Origin: Eutreptiella sp. 'Long Island Sound 2002'
Lineage: Eukaryota; Protista; Euglenida
Assembly: GCA_964036045.1 (NCBI GenBank)
Contig: OZ038378.1
Span: forward strand, 9,176,001 to 9,240,000
Direction of reading: 5' to 3'
DNA: 64,000 bases
Part shown: piece after piece, positions 50,676 through 63,689 of the stretch
Layout: each line of letters opens with the position of its first letter
How positions within the stretch are numbered: the stretch's first letter is position 1
Program-made: the position numbers and the translations under genes
Notes under the pieces: generated by a model
Seen by the model: the letters and a program-made list of their open reading frames with translations, nothing else
The model's database searches: none
Told to the model about the DNA's origin: nothing

Positions 50676-53600
50676 GCACCGGAGTCCACTGTCAGGAGGT
50701 AAACTGGCCTGAAAGGATGAAAACAAACCAAGGGGGGAAAAACGACCCAGTGATTGGGGGGAAAATTCCAAGCATCAATCCTTATTTCCGTGAAAGATTG
50801 TGTATGCTCAGACAAACAGAAAATGGTGAATTCTTCACTTCAAAAAGACACTTTGATTGGAATACAAAAAGCTTAACGAACCACCGTCTGGGCATCACAT
50901 CAAAAGAGCCCGTATTACGTAGGGCATAAGCCGATTGAGGTCAAAACTGCTGGTTCGCAAGAGATTAATCAGGGGGAGTGTAGGGTGGGTTACCCTGCAA
51001 TCTGAGTCTGGCGGGTTACCCGACGACCAATCTCGCTTCCCTCATGAGGTGAGGCACGGTTGTATTGTCCCCATAGATATGGCAAGGTGCTGCTGTCGCA
51101 GGTCCAAATGCTCAGTACCATAGCCCTGACTATGTGTAATGTATTTCATTGTTCTCCGCATGCTCCTTCTTTTTTCCCTTCCATTTGGAGATCTTGGGGC
51201 AGGCGTTGGGACAAAAAGGGACTCTGGAATCTATAAATCATCTCCCGGATCCCAAATCCCACGCTCAGCTTTTGGCCCCTACAACATCCATCAGAACAGC
51301 AGATGCATCTGCGGGGGGGAGGGGGTCAACTCAAGCTTACAATACAGCAATACAGCACACTGCACCTGCAAATCATGCAACACAGCACAAAACACTGTTT
51401 GGACAAGCCGCTGGTTGGACAGAGGGGGAGGGGGGCGCACTCCTTTCTCAACCCTAAAGCACAAATAAAAGACGCTATAACAACTGCAGCGCGTCACTGC
51501 TGATGCGCGGTACTCCGCAGCGTGGGCCATGGGAAGCTCCTGGAGCTCCTGACATTCCGAAACGGATAAAGCACAACAAACACGACCAGAGACAACAGGG
51601 CCTCGATGCTGTAGAATGCCCCCCGTTATCGAGGCACCTCAGGTCTGTCAGAACACGCGTGTGCAAGCTACACTATGAAAGACAGGCAGCATTTCACTCT
51701 GATCTCAAAATGTGTTCTGCAAAGAGGAGCGCACACATGAATGGGACTCCCATGTCAGAGCAGGTGAGGAAAGAGAGCTGATGGGCTGAAAGATGGGATG
51801 CTAGGAGGCACTCATCTGACATGTGGCCACATTTCATTTCCGCCACCATGTCTCAGGTGCCATCACCTAAGTGCGAGGCAAAGGCAAATGCCCTCACACC
51901 CGCAAATACAATAGTTTTTCTCTTGGCAATGAGCCTAATATTGTCCACCACCATAGTTCAGGGGGAGAGTGAGAGGGGGGGTGAGGGTCACCCACTGCAG
52001 GTCGGAGGGGGGCGGGCGGGCTATGGGGGCCTCAGGTGCAATCCAAACACCCGACTCTCCCTCACCGAATTTGGGCCCCCTAGACTGAGAAGGGGGGCCG
52101 GGGTGACTTAAACTGCCCAAAACGAGGCGTATTTTTTGAGATCCACATATTTGAGATCCCTGTAACACTCTGGCCATCTGGAGTGTGTGGGGGATATTGG
52201 GGTCAGTGCAGAGGGGGATGGGCACAGGGCAGAGGGAGCGAGGGAAGATTGGACAACATCCAGCGCAAGTGGGTCAAAGAGTTTAATGGAACGTCCGTGC
52301 AGAAGAAAATCTGGACAAAGGTCATGATGTGTCGTCAGGTGTTAGCAGGGGAACAGGCGGGAGGTCCACAAAACACTCTCGAGCCGCTGCCGTGTACCGC
52401 CGCAAATTTAGCCGCACCGATTTCTTGCGCAGCGGAAACTGCTTTGTGACTGCCCTGGCGCCGCCTATTTAGAACCCTGTCCCTTCAAGCGATTCCCTGG
52501 GGCTCCACCAGACTATTGTTGCTTTCCGAGAGGAACTTTGGGTGGGTGCTGCGAGCCATCGGAGGATTACACATCCCATAACGCCGGATGTGTTGGCAAG
52601 AGAAACGGCACCCACGGGTCGGAGATTGAACTCACTAGACCGTCAAAGCCACTCACTGCGCAGCTGTAGACATGCGACAGCCGTTCGGGGACAGCTGACG
52701 GCGGGCACGGGACACCAGGCGGTGGTCTGGGGGGGGGGGGGGGGTACCCCTGTGGGTGCAACAATGCCGAGAAAAGGATCGAAAAGGGCGCAACCAGCCC
52801 ATGTACGCTACCCGTCAGTATGACGGGAGGCTCTCTGACTTCGGAGAGGGGAACAACTACTGGACGAGAGGTGACCATCGCCCTGCACATTTCTCGTAAA
52901 TGTTTGTGCGATTGTAGTGAAAGAAGGTGACGACATCCACTTTGCAGAACGCAGCACAGAGGGGGAAGCTGGGGCAGGAAACAATCAAAAAAGAGGCCAC
53001 AAACGCTTTTGGGCAGTTTCGCGCCTCCATCTCTGCGTGTACCTTGGGAGGGGGTGCGAGTGCGGTGCACACATGTACTGTCCAGGAAACGCGTGCATGC
53101 GGCTTGGGTGTGCGCGTAACTGGTGTCGGGATGCACTTTGGTGCGTACATAGTTGCCGCAACAATTGGGGCCACGGGTCACTAATTGCTGCCGTGCTGCC
53201 AGGCCAAGGCGGAGAAATGCAACAGAGACAACTTCCCACGACAGTCGGGATGAGTGAATGGTGCCAAGTGCCACTTTGTAAACACTAAATTGCGTATTTG
53301 CCTGTGGACATTAATCTTCTCCTGCCGGATTCTTGAGAGCAGCTTGTGTAAGGCACCTCCTCAAAGAGGACTGCAGAATACGAACACGAGTGCAGCCTTG
53401 GCATTGGGCAGGACACAGGGATTGTGCCTCCGTCCCACAGGCCCAGACGCATCAAAGAAGCAAAGGCTGAGGCATCCCCGTCATGGACAAGGGCGGTTGG
53501 GCCTTGTCTAATGCCTGTGTCAGAGGTATGAGAGTGTGCAATGCCTCTTGCCGGACGATTGGGACGACACAATTTCAAGACATCCTTCAGGGTCTTACAT

Positions 53601-54189
53601 CGGAGCCCCTGGAGGATCGATTGGAAGCAGCTGTGCAATGTTTTCGGAGAAATCATCCAATCGCAACGGTTGCAGATTGGCCGAGCACACCAACAGTGAC
53701 GACTGGAGGGCCCTATGAGATGCCCGGGGCTCGAAATGGTGGAGTGACCTCACCTCACACCGGACTCCAAGACAGGGGCCGGTGGTGTGGCACCCAAATG
53801 GAGTACATGTTGCTGAGGGAGGGTGGTCTCAGCGTCTGGAAATGCCGTCTCCGGCAAAAATCTGGGCTTGACCTCACGAGACTCGTCGGACGCGCATAGT
53901 TGTTTGCCACAGGGTCTGGCATTGCGGACAACAGAAAAAGGGACGCTGTGATTCTCTCAGAAGGGCGCGTCGTGCTTGCGTGCAGCAAAGCATGCTGCCA
54001 AGACAGAGGTGCGCTTCGCCCGCGCCTTTACCAAGGATAATAGCAGGTAAGCGCGCTGGGGGGGGGGGGGGCGCTCAATAACGGAAAACTGAGCGAAATC
54101 CTACTCATTACCAGTGCGAGTGGGTGTATGAAGCGCTTCTCACTGGTATGGGGGTGCTGTGTCCCTCATGGAGGATGGTGCTGCATTAC

Positions 54190-54650
54190 ACACAGTGCTG
54201 TAGGGTAATGTGAAGGTGTATTGGGCGTAGTGCATGAAGCGTATTCCACACGGTGATGGTTTGAAACTGTATTCCGCACACAGTCGTATCCGGAACCGCA
54301 CTGTGCGAAACACAACCTCCTGCCTCCTGTGTTAAATGTAGCTTGAAACCCACCACCACTACAACAACAGTGGTGTAGATTACAGCGCTATGGAGTGCGA
54401 AATTTGCACAGTGGCACACCGTGGGATGGGTTCTGGAGCTGCATCCCACTCAGTGCCAGTGCTGTATTCCAAACAATGCCATGGGTTACGAAGCTGAATT
54501 TCACACAAGATAGTGCCACACAGGGTTTGGGGGTATGGTAAAAAGCCGTATTCCACACAATGGCATGGGTTACAGTGCTATGAAATGCCTTATTCAATAC
54601 AATACTTCGGATTACAATGCTATGGAGTGCTAATTCCGCAGAATGGGATG
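54190..54650. repeat. Degenerate satellite with recurring gtattccacacaatggcatgggttacagtgctatg-like motif
   Basis: Several partial copies; period irregular. Confidence 0.55.
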
Positions 54651-55060
54651 GGATATCCTTGTCCTGTCCCACTCAGGGCGCGGTTTTGGGCTATGTGCTC
54701 CGCGACATGATCACGTCCCACCACAAAGAACTGTGGTAGGCAATGCTTGGGGGCGTATCACCTCACATCCAATGGTGCGAGGCGTGGGGGTCTTTCCCAC
54801 TCATAACCGGCCCGTTCCTGATGTCATAGTGGCCAACAGCAGCTCTGGACTTAAGCCATGGCCTCAGCAGGGACACATGTGACGCTCGACGAAGGGAGAA
54901 GGGGTGTGTGGGGTGGGCCGCTACATGGACACTGGCCTGCCCGTGACTGCCCGTTGACTGCGTGCACAAGTCTCCTGGATGGCAAACTGCAGGCAAAGCC
55001 GCAGTTGGCCTAAGGTTGGCACAGAGGAACTCGTGGACTGAGTTTCTTGCCTATACTCAC

Positions 55061-55208
55061 TCATGCTCGACGCGTAGCAGGCAGCAAGATGGCTGGATGC
55101 TGCAACGCCCTTGGGAAGGCCACTGCCGGATTCGGCAGCAAGTTGGGCTTCCAGTTCGCGGATGCGGGCTTCCAGTGAAGTGTTGTGTACCCGGGACTTA
55201 TCCAACTC
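55061..55208 (-). CDS. Exon of large host gene (ELDKSRVHNTSLEARIRELEAQLAAESGSGLPKGVAASSHLAACYASSM)
   Basis: ccttttgtcag acceptor, GTGAGT donor, 148 bp, phase 0 to 1. Confidence 0.75.
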
Positions 55209-55947
55209 CTGACAAAAGGCAGACCGAGTCCCTTGTAGCACACGCACACGTACACACACATGGACCAGGGAAAGGTGGAAGCGCAGCATTGACTTTCATT
55301 TCATGTCCATTTCATGTGACTTCCCTTCGCTTTCTCAGTGTTTTTTTTTGTTTACCCCCCCCCCGCCCGCCCCCCGTGTCCAACCAATCCCCTTTGGCGG
55401 TACGCAACGTAGACAACTGCATAAAATGTGTCAAAGCTCAGCAAATTTGCAACACTGCAAAGCTTTGAACTTAACTTCCTTCAAACGGAACTATGATAAA
55501 TCAGGTTCCAATTTAATAATCAAGGTGGTTGGGCTGAGACGAGGGGTGGCTTGGACAGAGGGGGGCGCTAGCGACGGGGTACCATTTGGAATTCAAATGC
55601 ATCTACCATTGCTGACATCCCTTTGCGGTGCACACCTGCAAGCCACAGTGTGACAACATACACCATGTACATGAGCATCCACCCGCGGGTCCAATTCAGT
55701 GTCTTCAGCGCGGATGTCCATGCAGCCCCCCTCCCTCCTTGTAGCACATTGCAAAAAGGCAAGGGGAAGTGGGAAATTGGTTTCGGGGAGTTGCTAGAGT
55801 GACTGTGCTGGGTTCGCACAACAGCTGTTGGATGACTGAACAGGCTGCACATCCCGTTTGCATTGAAATACTTGTTTAATCACTGGGGAAGTATTTCAAT
55901 TTGGGCAGGTGGGGCTTGCAAGCCCCCTAATCAGTGCCCCTCCCAAA

Positions 55948-56058
55948 TGCATAGCACGAAGCAAAACTGCTGGATGTTGCAGACCCCAGAATTCCACTGC
56001 AGGAGGAGGCAACGATGTGGGCAGTGAAATGTTGTGAAGCTCCTGATGTATCCAGCTC
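55948..56058 (-). pseudogene. Diverged duplicate of exon 55061-55208 lacking the coiled-coil core
   Basis: cag|GAGCTGGATACATC...CACAACA vs cag|GAGTTGGATAAGTCC...CACAACA; GCAACATCCAGCAGTTTTGCTTCGTGCTATGC vs GCAGCATCCAGCCATCTTGCTGCCTGCTACGC. Confidence 0.65.
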
Positions 56059-56232
56059 CTGAGGGAATTCAGCAACACAGTGCAGACTAAAGTCTTGCAG
56101 CACATGCTGCACAGGACTGACAGAAAATGGGAGAAGCATGTGGTAACACACATCAAAACTTGTATATAGTGATGGATGGACAAGGCAAACCAATCCCTCC
56201 TCAAGCGGAAACTCCTGTGGAACAGAACAAAC

Positions 56233-56528
56233 CTGCTGCAGCCAGTACACATCGCTCAGGAACTCCCCCGCCATCTGCACGAAATGGGCTCGTGACTGTG
56301 AGTTGTACTTCAGCATATCGTCAAGGGTCATGTCCTCCTCAATCCCTGAGCGGCGTCTGAGTTCCTGTGTAAGAGCACTGTGAAGCTTCTCTTCTGCTGA
56401 TGGCTTCTTAGAGGTAATCACTGCGACCAAATTGCTCCCAATTGTTGTCCAATAGCCGGCAGAAGTGCACAGCACCGAAGCACAATCAATTGTGGCGCCT
56501 GCAACAAGAGCAGTGCGTCGAAGCACGA
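56233..56528 (-). CDS. Exon of large host gene (VLRRTALVAG...EEKLHSALTQELRRRSGIEEDMTLDDMLKYNSQSRAHFVQMAGEFLSDVYWLQQ)
   Basis: cccattcccag acceptor, GTTTGT donor, 296 bp, phase 1 to 0. Confidence 0.75.
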
Positions 56529-57481
56529 CTGGGAATGGGCACACGTGAAGGGACAGCCTCCCTGTGTCAGTATAATGCACCCACAACTAGCACCCCAACC
56601 CCCCCTTGCCCGGCTTGATGCTGGGAGCACACTTCAGTAGCAACACCAAGGGCAAAAAGAATAGAGGTGCCACGCACTACTGATGTGTAACACTTGGTAT
56701 CGCACAATACTGCACTCACGCATCACGCCCCCCCGCCCTCTATCAGCAAAGCAGGTCACACATAAAACAAAGCACTGGACACCGGTTATACTACACAATA
56801 CCCAACCAGACATCATGAATCCCACTTGCCCACCACTTTGCGACCTCCCCAGGCCCCTAGACCTGCGGTGACTGGATTCCTGCAGCGTCCGTTTGCCATC
56901 AATGGGGTTTTGGTGGGGTTCCCAGAAGTGGTCAGGTTGGTGATGTTGCGAGAGACTGTCCATATCTCCTTTTAGTAGATTTCTGTTGTCAATTACAATC
57001 ACAAGTCTGCTTTCCACCTGCTGCTCCCTGCTGGCCCCTCTCTTTCTCGCTCTATTGTTGCTTTTTTTCTCTCTCCCAACCCACCGTATCACTGAGTCGA
57101 AATTCAAAAGCCAAAAACATGGGATGGACGGGTCTCTCTCTCCTTCTCTTGGTCCTTGAACTAAACATGCCAACGTGCATATGGCAATTCACAGCCACCC
57201 CTCGGCATTTTTTTTTGCGTCTGGCTGGCCGTACTCGTACACTACCCTGGGGTGGGCGGGCTTTGAATTGGGGGGAGGGGTCGATAGAACCCCGTGGCTA
57301 GACCCCCCGCCCGCCCCAAAAAGGGCTCAATTGACGGAACCCCCCAAAAGCAACCTTGGGACCTTCATGGTTCGAATGGTGGTGGTATTTATGTTAAAGG
57401 ACACTTGGTCCCCGGTCAGTTCCGGCTACGCATGTTTGTAGTGCCCCACCAAGGCCTTTCATGAGAACCACACGACCTACG

Positions 57482-57640
57482 AAAGAGTTACAGTCAAAGT
57501 CAGAGTCAGAGTCGGAGTTAGAGGTAGAGTCAAAGGCAGAGCTAGTGTCTAAGTAGGAGCTCGAGTCGGAGGCAGAGCTAGGGTCTCTGTCGGAGCTTGA
57601 GTAGAAGTTAGAGTTGGAGGTAGGGATAGAACTAGAGGTA
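57482..57640. repeat. Low-complexity 6-bp-period tract (GAGTCA/GAGTTA/GAGGTA)
   Basis: Direct reading. Confidence 0.75.
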
Positions 57641-57704
57641 GCAAATGCATCTGTTGCTGCCCTGGAAGGTGCATAGTTAGGGTCAGCCAAACAGCTACAT
57701 GGAC

Positions 57705-57985
57705 CACAAGTGGGCAGATTGGCTACATAACGCCTGCCGTCCAGGGGTCCCCAACGCTTCAGAGCAGGGGACAAAATCAGAAGTGGCCCACAAGTGGGCG
57801 GATTGGCTACATCACCTCTGCTGTGTTGGGGGGTCCCCAACACTTGAGAACAGGGAACAACATCAACAATGGCCCACAAGTGGGCCGGGTGGCTACATCA
57901 CCCCTACCGTCTCGGGGGTCCCCATCATGGGAATGGATCAGAGTGGCTACATAACCGCTGCCTTCTCGGGGTTCCCCATAGTGAG
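57705..57985 (+). repeat. GGCTACAT-core array with 84-86-bp units, switching to a 53-bp unit
   Basis: cacaagtggg starts at 57705, 57789, 57875; four core copies. Confidence 0.85.
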
Positions 57986-60900
57986 GGGACATGAACAAGT
58001 GACACAGTGGTGCCTCTTCTCCATGCAAAAATGGTGCCTATCAATTGAGCCCTTTTCCCAAAATTTCCCCCCCCCAAAATTTTGGGGGCTCTATTGACCC
58101 CCGTGCGGTGACACGGTGACACGCTCTATTGACCCCCCCCCCCGCCGCCCCCAATTGAAAATCTGCCACCCCCTGCCATCCAATACGCCGGCTATGCCAT
58201 CAGCAGGTGGCACAAACCAATGCAACAACAACAACCAAGAGGATCCAAAATGGTGGAAAAGCAAACAAGTGCTCATCTATAACATGCCACTTGCTGTTTT
58301 GGGGATGGCATCCCATGTCAGGTTGCGTACACTAGGGCAAGAAATGCGAATGCACAAATGTGAATGCACGTTGTGGAGTACACATCTTCTCTGAGTGGTT
58401 GGCCACCGCAGGCCAAGAGAGCTCTGTGCTTGTCAGACATAAAAAACCACCCACATTGCTGGCACACTTTTTTGGACACTAAATCAGCCATAGAATGGGC
58501 CAGACAGCTCAAAATGCAGCGAATCATGTTGCAATAGATGCGCACTTCGCACTCCGCGGTCGTTTTGAGCAACCTAGATGCCGGTTTTGAGCCACAGTGT
58601 GCGCAAAAAGCCCTTTTAACCGCCTGCTGCTTGCTGCTGCTTGCTGCTGTTGCTTGCTAAAATGAGATGCTCACCCTGGACCCTAATTAGGGTTGTAAAA
58701 CCTCAACAGGGTAAACCCAGCTTGGTAACCCTGTCTTGATTGACCGAGACCTTGCCATTTGGCCTCTTGCCCTGCACCGGTTTAATTGAAAAAATGTCTT
58801 GTGCAGTGGTGTGGGCGGCACAGCTGTCTGGAGATACTGTAGTTGTCCCACAGCGGGATGTTTGTTCAGGATCTAGTGCGTGTTCACCTGGGCTCTGAAA
58901 ACCATCTGAGGCTGATGCGCCCGGCAGCTGCACACATCCATTGTGCCCATGCATGATGAAAGCTGCAGAGTGCTTACAAACCGTAGCAGCTGAGCCCTTG
59001 CACGACGAATACAGCCCCCCCCAAAAAGAAATCGAAGACGGGACAATCACCATCACCACCACCATCTCCTGCAAAAGGAAGAAACCCCGGTGCCAAACCT
59101 ACCGGGTGAGGACAGATCGCAGGTTGTGTGACACATCCACTGGGCTCTTGAGCCGAAGTCTGGCGTGCTCGGCACATGAAGTCTTTAGACGACACAATGT
59201 GCCTTGGCCCCCCGCAGCCTCAAAAATGGGTTTTAGAAACAAGAAGAAAACCGAGTCCATGAAAGCCAAGCCCGTGTGTGGATGCACATCCCATACGCCA
59301 GGCGGGAGACCACAAATGGACAGCACTTGAAGGGCACTCAACAGCACTTGGAGGGTATCTGACGACGGTTGGAGGTTGGAGGGGAACCGTAGGGTAACCT
59401 GCAGCGGTTGGAGGTTGATGTTTTTTCACAGAAAAAAAAAAGAATAAACCTTGTCCACTAAAAAAAGCCCTGCCACTGCATGGAGGGAATACTCGGGCAC
59501 AATCCATACATCGACACCCCCACCAACGTTTTAGGCTTCCCAAATGGTTGGCAGTGGGGGGTAGGGGGTGACCCAAACCCCAGCCCGAAAGCGACATATT
59601 TCAGATCCCCATGAATTCTGACCGTTTTGACAAGAAAAAGATGGCCGCCGTGAAATGAAAAAATCACATTTCTGTGGTGCAAGAAGACGCCCTGAGATTG
59701 TGGTCTGACAGGGATGATATTTCATGATTCTGACGCCATATTCGAAACTCCATGCAATTCTGACCACTTGGAGTAAACAGGGGCCTGCCGAACTGACCCG
59801 CTATGATCCTTAGTGAAAAAACGCAGACCAGAGGCGTGGGCAATCCATGGGGTGCATGTTTCTGATCAGATAGGGTCATCACGTCCGTGCTGCCGTCACG
59901 GGATTTCAACCCCGTGCTTGGTGTTGGTTGTAGACCTGCGCGTGCAGACGGACAGGTGACGCCGGCCCCAGTCCTCCAAGGGCTCCAAACAGAGTGCAGT
60001 ACGCTCAGGCATCCGCATCAATCCAGAAGGCACACCTGACGCCGCACGCACCACTCTCTGGACCGTGGCGTTCTCGCAGGCAGAGCCCACAATACTGCAC
60101 CCACCAGACAAAATGCCTTGGACACGTTCACTTTCGGAGGCAGCTACCAGCAACTGGAGGCCTGGGGCAATGATGTAATGCAGTCGTACCACTAGTGCTC
60201 GGCAGGGGCAGTGAGTTTCGTTAGAGATTAGCCCCCATGAGCAACACCTGTTCACGTCATACCAAAAACCTGACAGGAAGCTGCTGCATTCTGTGCACAA
60301 TTCAGTCGGACCCAGCGCCACGAAATGAGGTACCCGAGCTCGTGTGCCCCATGGTAATCCTACGTGGAGGTCCCGCAAGCGGTGCCATGCAGGTCACAGG
60401 CTATCGCACCATGCCTTGCATGAAGGGGATACCTCGGAGGTATCGGTGGGGGGGTGGGGGGGAGAGGAGGTAGGGGTGGGGGTGGGGGATGCCAGGGGCA
60501 GTTCACACTGATCGACTCACGGGTTTGGCCACATGGTGTCCAGCACAGCTGTTCGAACCTGCCACAATGTGTTACCGCCAGGTCACAACAGGCGTGCCAT
60601 TAGCATGATGGCGGCACCTGTCTCCCCATCGTCTCCTCCGTGGTTGGGCCCGGTATGTCACCCTAGGCCCTGAGCCCGGTGCAGGGGTCGTGCTGCGACC
60701 ATGGCCCCACTCCTGGGCTCCCTTCAACCCCCTTTGGGGCGACCTGCGACACTGTTTGTGGGGGTGTTCTCTATCCCCACAGCCCACAGGGTGAGCACCC
60801 AAGGGCCTCCGGCCCCGGTGCCATGGGCCATCTGACCCCCCTGGTCAGTCGCCCTGCGTCCTTCCCATCTTGTCACTCGTCGCACCTGTCACCTCTAGGG

Positions 60901-62094
60901 GGGCACCTATATCCCCCATGGCAGGAGGACTGACTTACGTCTCACAGAGCCGGAGAAACTGCCCGGTGGTTGTGGGCCATCGCAGAGCTCCCAGCCCAAG
61001 GGATATGCGACGCGGCCCCCCATCACAGTCCCACAAACTGAGCCATGCTTGAGAGGGCGGTCCAACTGTAAGCACCTGGCACTGAGCAATGCCTCGTTGC
61101 CGACACCACTTGCCGCCAACGCCTACCGCCTCTTCGAGCACGCTTTATTCGACTCTTATTGCGCAATGCCCGGGAGGCACAGAGCGAAACGTCGTTGCAA
61201 GAGGTCTCCTGCTACTGAAGGCAAAGGCACAACGGAGCACCCCACGCAATTGCACGAAAGCCGTCTGAGGCGGCTGAGCATGAGACTGTTGTTGTGGTTG
61301 CGGGCCTTGCATTGCATTACCAGAGGGGGGGGGGGGGGGGCGCTTTTGCCTATCTGAATCCTGAGGGCAATCCTGAGCATTCTGGACAAAGGAAGGAAAA
61401 CTTACACCGATTTCGGTGCCAACACGCCACCCCCCCCCCCCCAGTGGGCACAGCTCTGGCTGCCACCTTCTTGACAGTATTTCTCGTACCTCCAAAGCCC
61501 AGAGCCTGAAGCCCAGAAAAGCAAATGACATTTGAAACAGCTGTAGGAAAGCGCCCCCTCCCGCCCTCCTCTGGAAAAAAGCAGCCCCACCCCGTGGAAC
61601 ACGTTTTTTCGGAGACTTATGTCACACGAACACTGGGCTCACACCCCCACCTCTTTCAGTGCATCACTGTCCACTCGTTTGGGAGCTCAGGAAATCCCCA
61701 GGCCCACAGTGTGCGGTGGTGCTGGCGTGCGCAGTCGGGCACAGAGGGTGCAACATTCAGGCTGATGTGGTTCACCGCAACTCGCCCTGGAACGGAGGAG
61801 TCCGAAGGTTGAGGCACAGTGCAGTCTAGCACTCCTTTCGACATCACAGCCTGTCCTGTCCTTACGCCAGGGCAGGCCATAAAGGCGACTGTGGGGTCCG
61901 TCGCAGGGGTCCATCCAACTAGTCACCAAGCACTGGATGGATGGATGGATGCGTGCACGGACAGACGAGCTAGGAGAGCTGCCCTACGGTATGCCACCTG
62001 CCATTCATTCATGACTCCATCATAATGATGCAGACGACGGGATGAGAGGGTGGGGTATGCGATTCACAGGCCACATTGCCCCAGGGAGAGCCAC

Positions 62095-62418
62095 CTTTGG
62101 TGCTCATCCACTCGACCACTCGGTTTTCACAAAGCATTCGCTTGCTGGACGTGGCCGTGTTCTCAATCAACCCCACCAGCCTCGGGTCCACCAAGATCTT
62201 CTTCCCGGACTCTGATGGAATGTACTGCCACACCGTGTGCGCCAACTGCATCCCCTGCGTCGTCACTGTCCGGAGCAATCGGCTGTCCTTCACGCTGACA
62301 ATCGTCCCAACTCCCGCCTCCAGCACTTCAACAAGCTTCTCATTGCCAGTGGCATTCTCCAATGCTACGCCGGCATTCTGCACTGCACCCACCAGAGTCT
62401 CCAATGCCTTGTCTGCCC
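62095..62418 (-). CDS. Exon of large host gene (ADKALETLVGAVQNAG...RLVGLIENTATSSKRMLCENRVVEWMSTK)
   Basis: gccgtctcag acceptor, AAAG|GTGGCT donor, 324 bp, phase 1 to 1, in frame with 63149-63550. Confidence 0.8.
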
Positions 62419-63148
62419 CTGAGACGGCACAAGAATACGAGCGCACAAACCAAGCCCCCAGCAACAAAGGCTGTAGAGGCCCCTGAAAAAGCAATATGGG
62501 GTGAGTGGGGCAGCGGGGGCTCTTCCCACCCCTACTGCTTCCGCTGGAGGCGAGGAGGATCAGGCGGAGCGGTCACTTTGCACTAGGGGCCCCAACCATG
62601 TCACACTCACCTGCACGCATGCATCCTGGACGGCCAGTGCTGCACCCCCTACAGCAGTTCAAGCCCCGAGTGAGAAGTCTGTTCAATGCAGAGCACATGG
62701 AAGCGTCAGCAATGCATAAAACAGAGAGCAGGCTCATCAGTGATGGGTGTCCGGTAGCACCAGTGAGTCTGGCGTTGTTCGGTGGCCGGCACCATGCTGA
62801 GCCCTGAGTCCATTGTCTGAGTCACAGCTGGGAAAGCGCGAACCCCCCCCCTCCCCCTCCCCTAGCACCCTGCACAGCCCAACGTGCTACTACAGCGCTC
62901 CGCACCTCCCTATAGACTCGCACAGCGCTTGACAACCCCCACACATTCCTGCGCCACTGATACGCCTCCCGACGCACTCCTACAGCGCCCTACGCCTTCC
63001 CACGCTCTCCTACAACGCTCTAGGCCTCCAGATACATTGTCAGACAGGCATGCTGCCACCAGGGCACGACCGTGGTGCCGGGTGGAAGGGGTTTGGCCTC
63101 AGGTGGACAGCGTTTGGCTCTGAGCACCGGCACTGCAGACCGTCATAC

Positions 63149-63550
63149 CTGCAGCCACACGCTCATCGTCCAACGTTGTTGCCAGGCTCTTGAGTCCATG
63201 GGAAAGCACCTCCCGAACGCGACTGTTCTCCAGTGCGTCCGATGTCAGCCGGAGGACGTTTGCTGCCGTACGGGTGATGAATGGGGTTTCCATCACCGTT
63301 GCACTGCAGCGCATTCCCATGGCCAAGGGGGCAGCGGCATTGTCAGCCTCCAGGGCCCGGCCCGCCAGGGAGATGGCAGGCACTGCGACTGACAGTACCC
63401 GCTCCGCCGCTTTGCCGTGCAGGATCGTCAGGACACGTGATCGGAAAGCACTCAGCTGCTCTCGGACATTGTACTCGTGCACATCAAATGGGGCCTCTTC
63501 AGGGGCATATTCCGGTGAAATTTTGCACATTCTGATCGCATAAACAGTGC
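63149..63550 (-). CDS. Exon of large host gene (TVYAIRMCKISPEYAPEEAPFDVHEYNVREQLSAFRSRVL...LKSLATTLDDERVAA); may start further upstream
   Basis: ttacacag acceptor, GCAG|GTATGA donor, 402 bp, phase 1 to 1. Confidence 0.8.
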
Positions 63551-63689
63551 CTGTGTAACGAGGCCAGGCAATACTTACGGAGCGCATGAAACGAGCCCCA
63601 GCAAGGTCTCCAGAGCAGAGAGGAGTAACATGACTACACAAAGTCTGCCACATTTGGGTCTCCAACTCGGAGAAGAGTACCGTGGCAAA

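Larger units (their letters stand above)
57249..58172. mobile_element. Putative non-autonomous TIR element with long imperfect inverted ends
   Basis: Inverted pairs tttgaattggggg/tttcaattggggg, ggggtcgatagaacccc/ggggtcaatagagcccc and aaaagggctcaattga on both ends; TSD ambiguous (CT or CCT). Confidence 0.5.

Noticed and set aside
57394-57879. Ser/Asp-rich 161-aa ORF
   Set aside because: Translation of a 6-bp-period tract plus satellite units.
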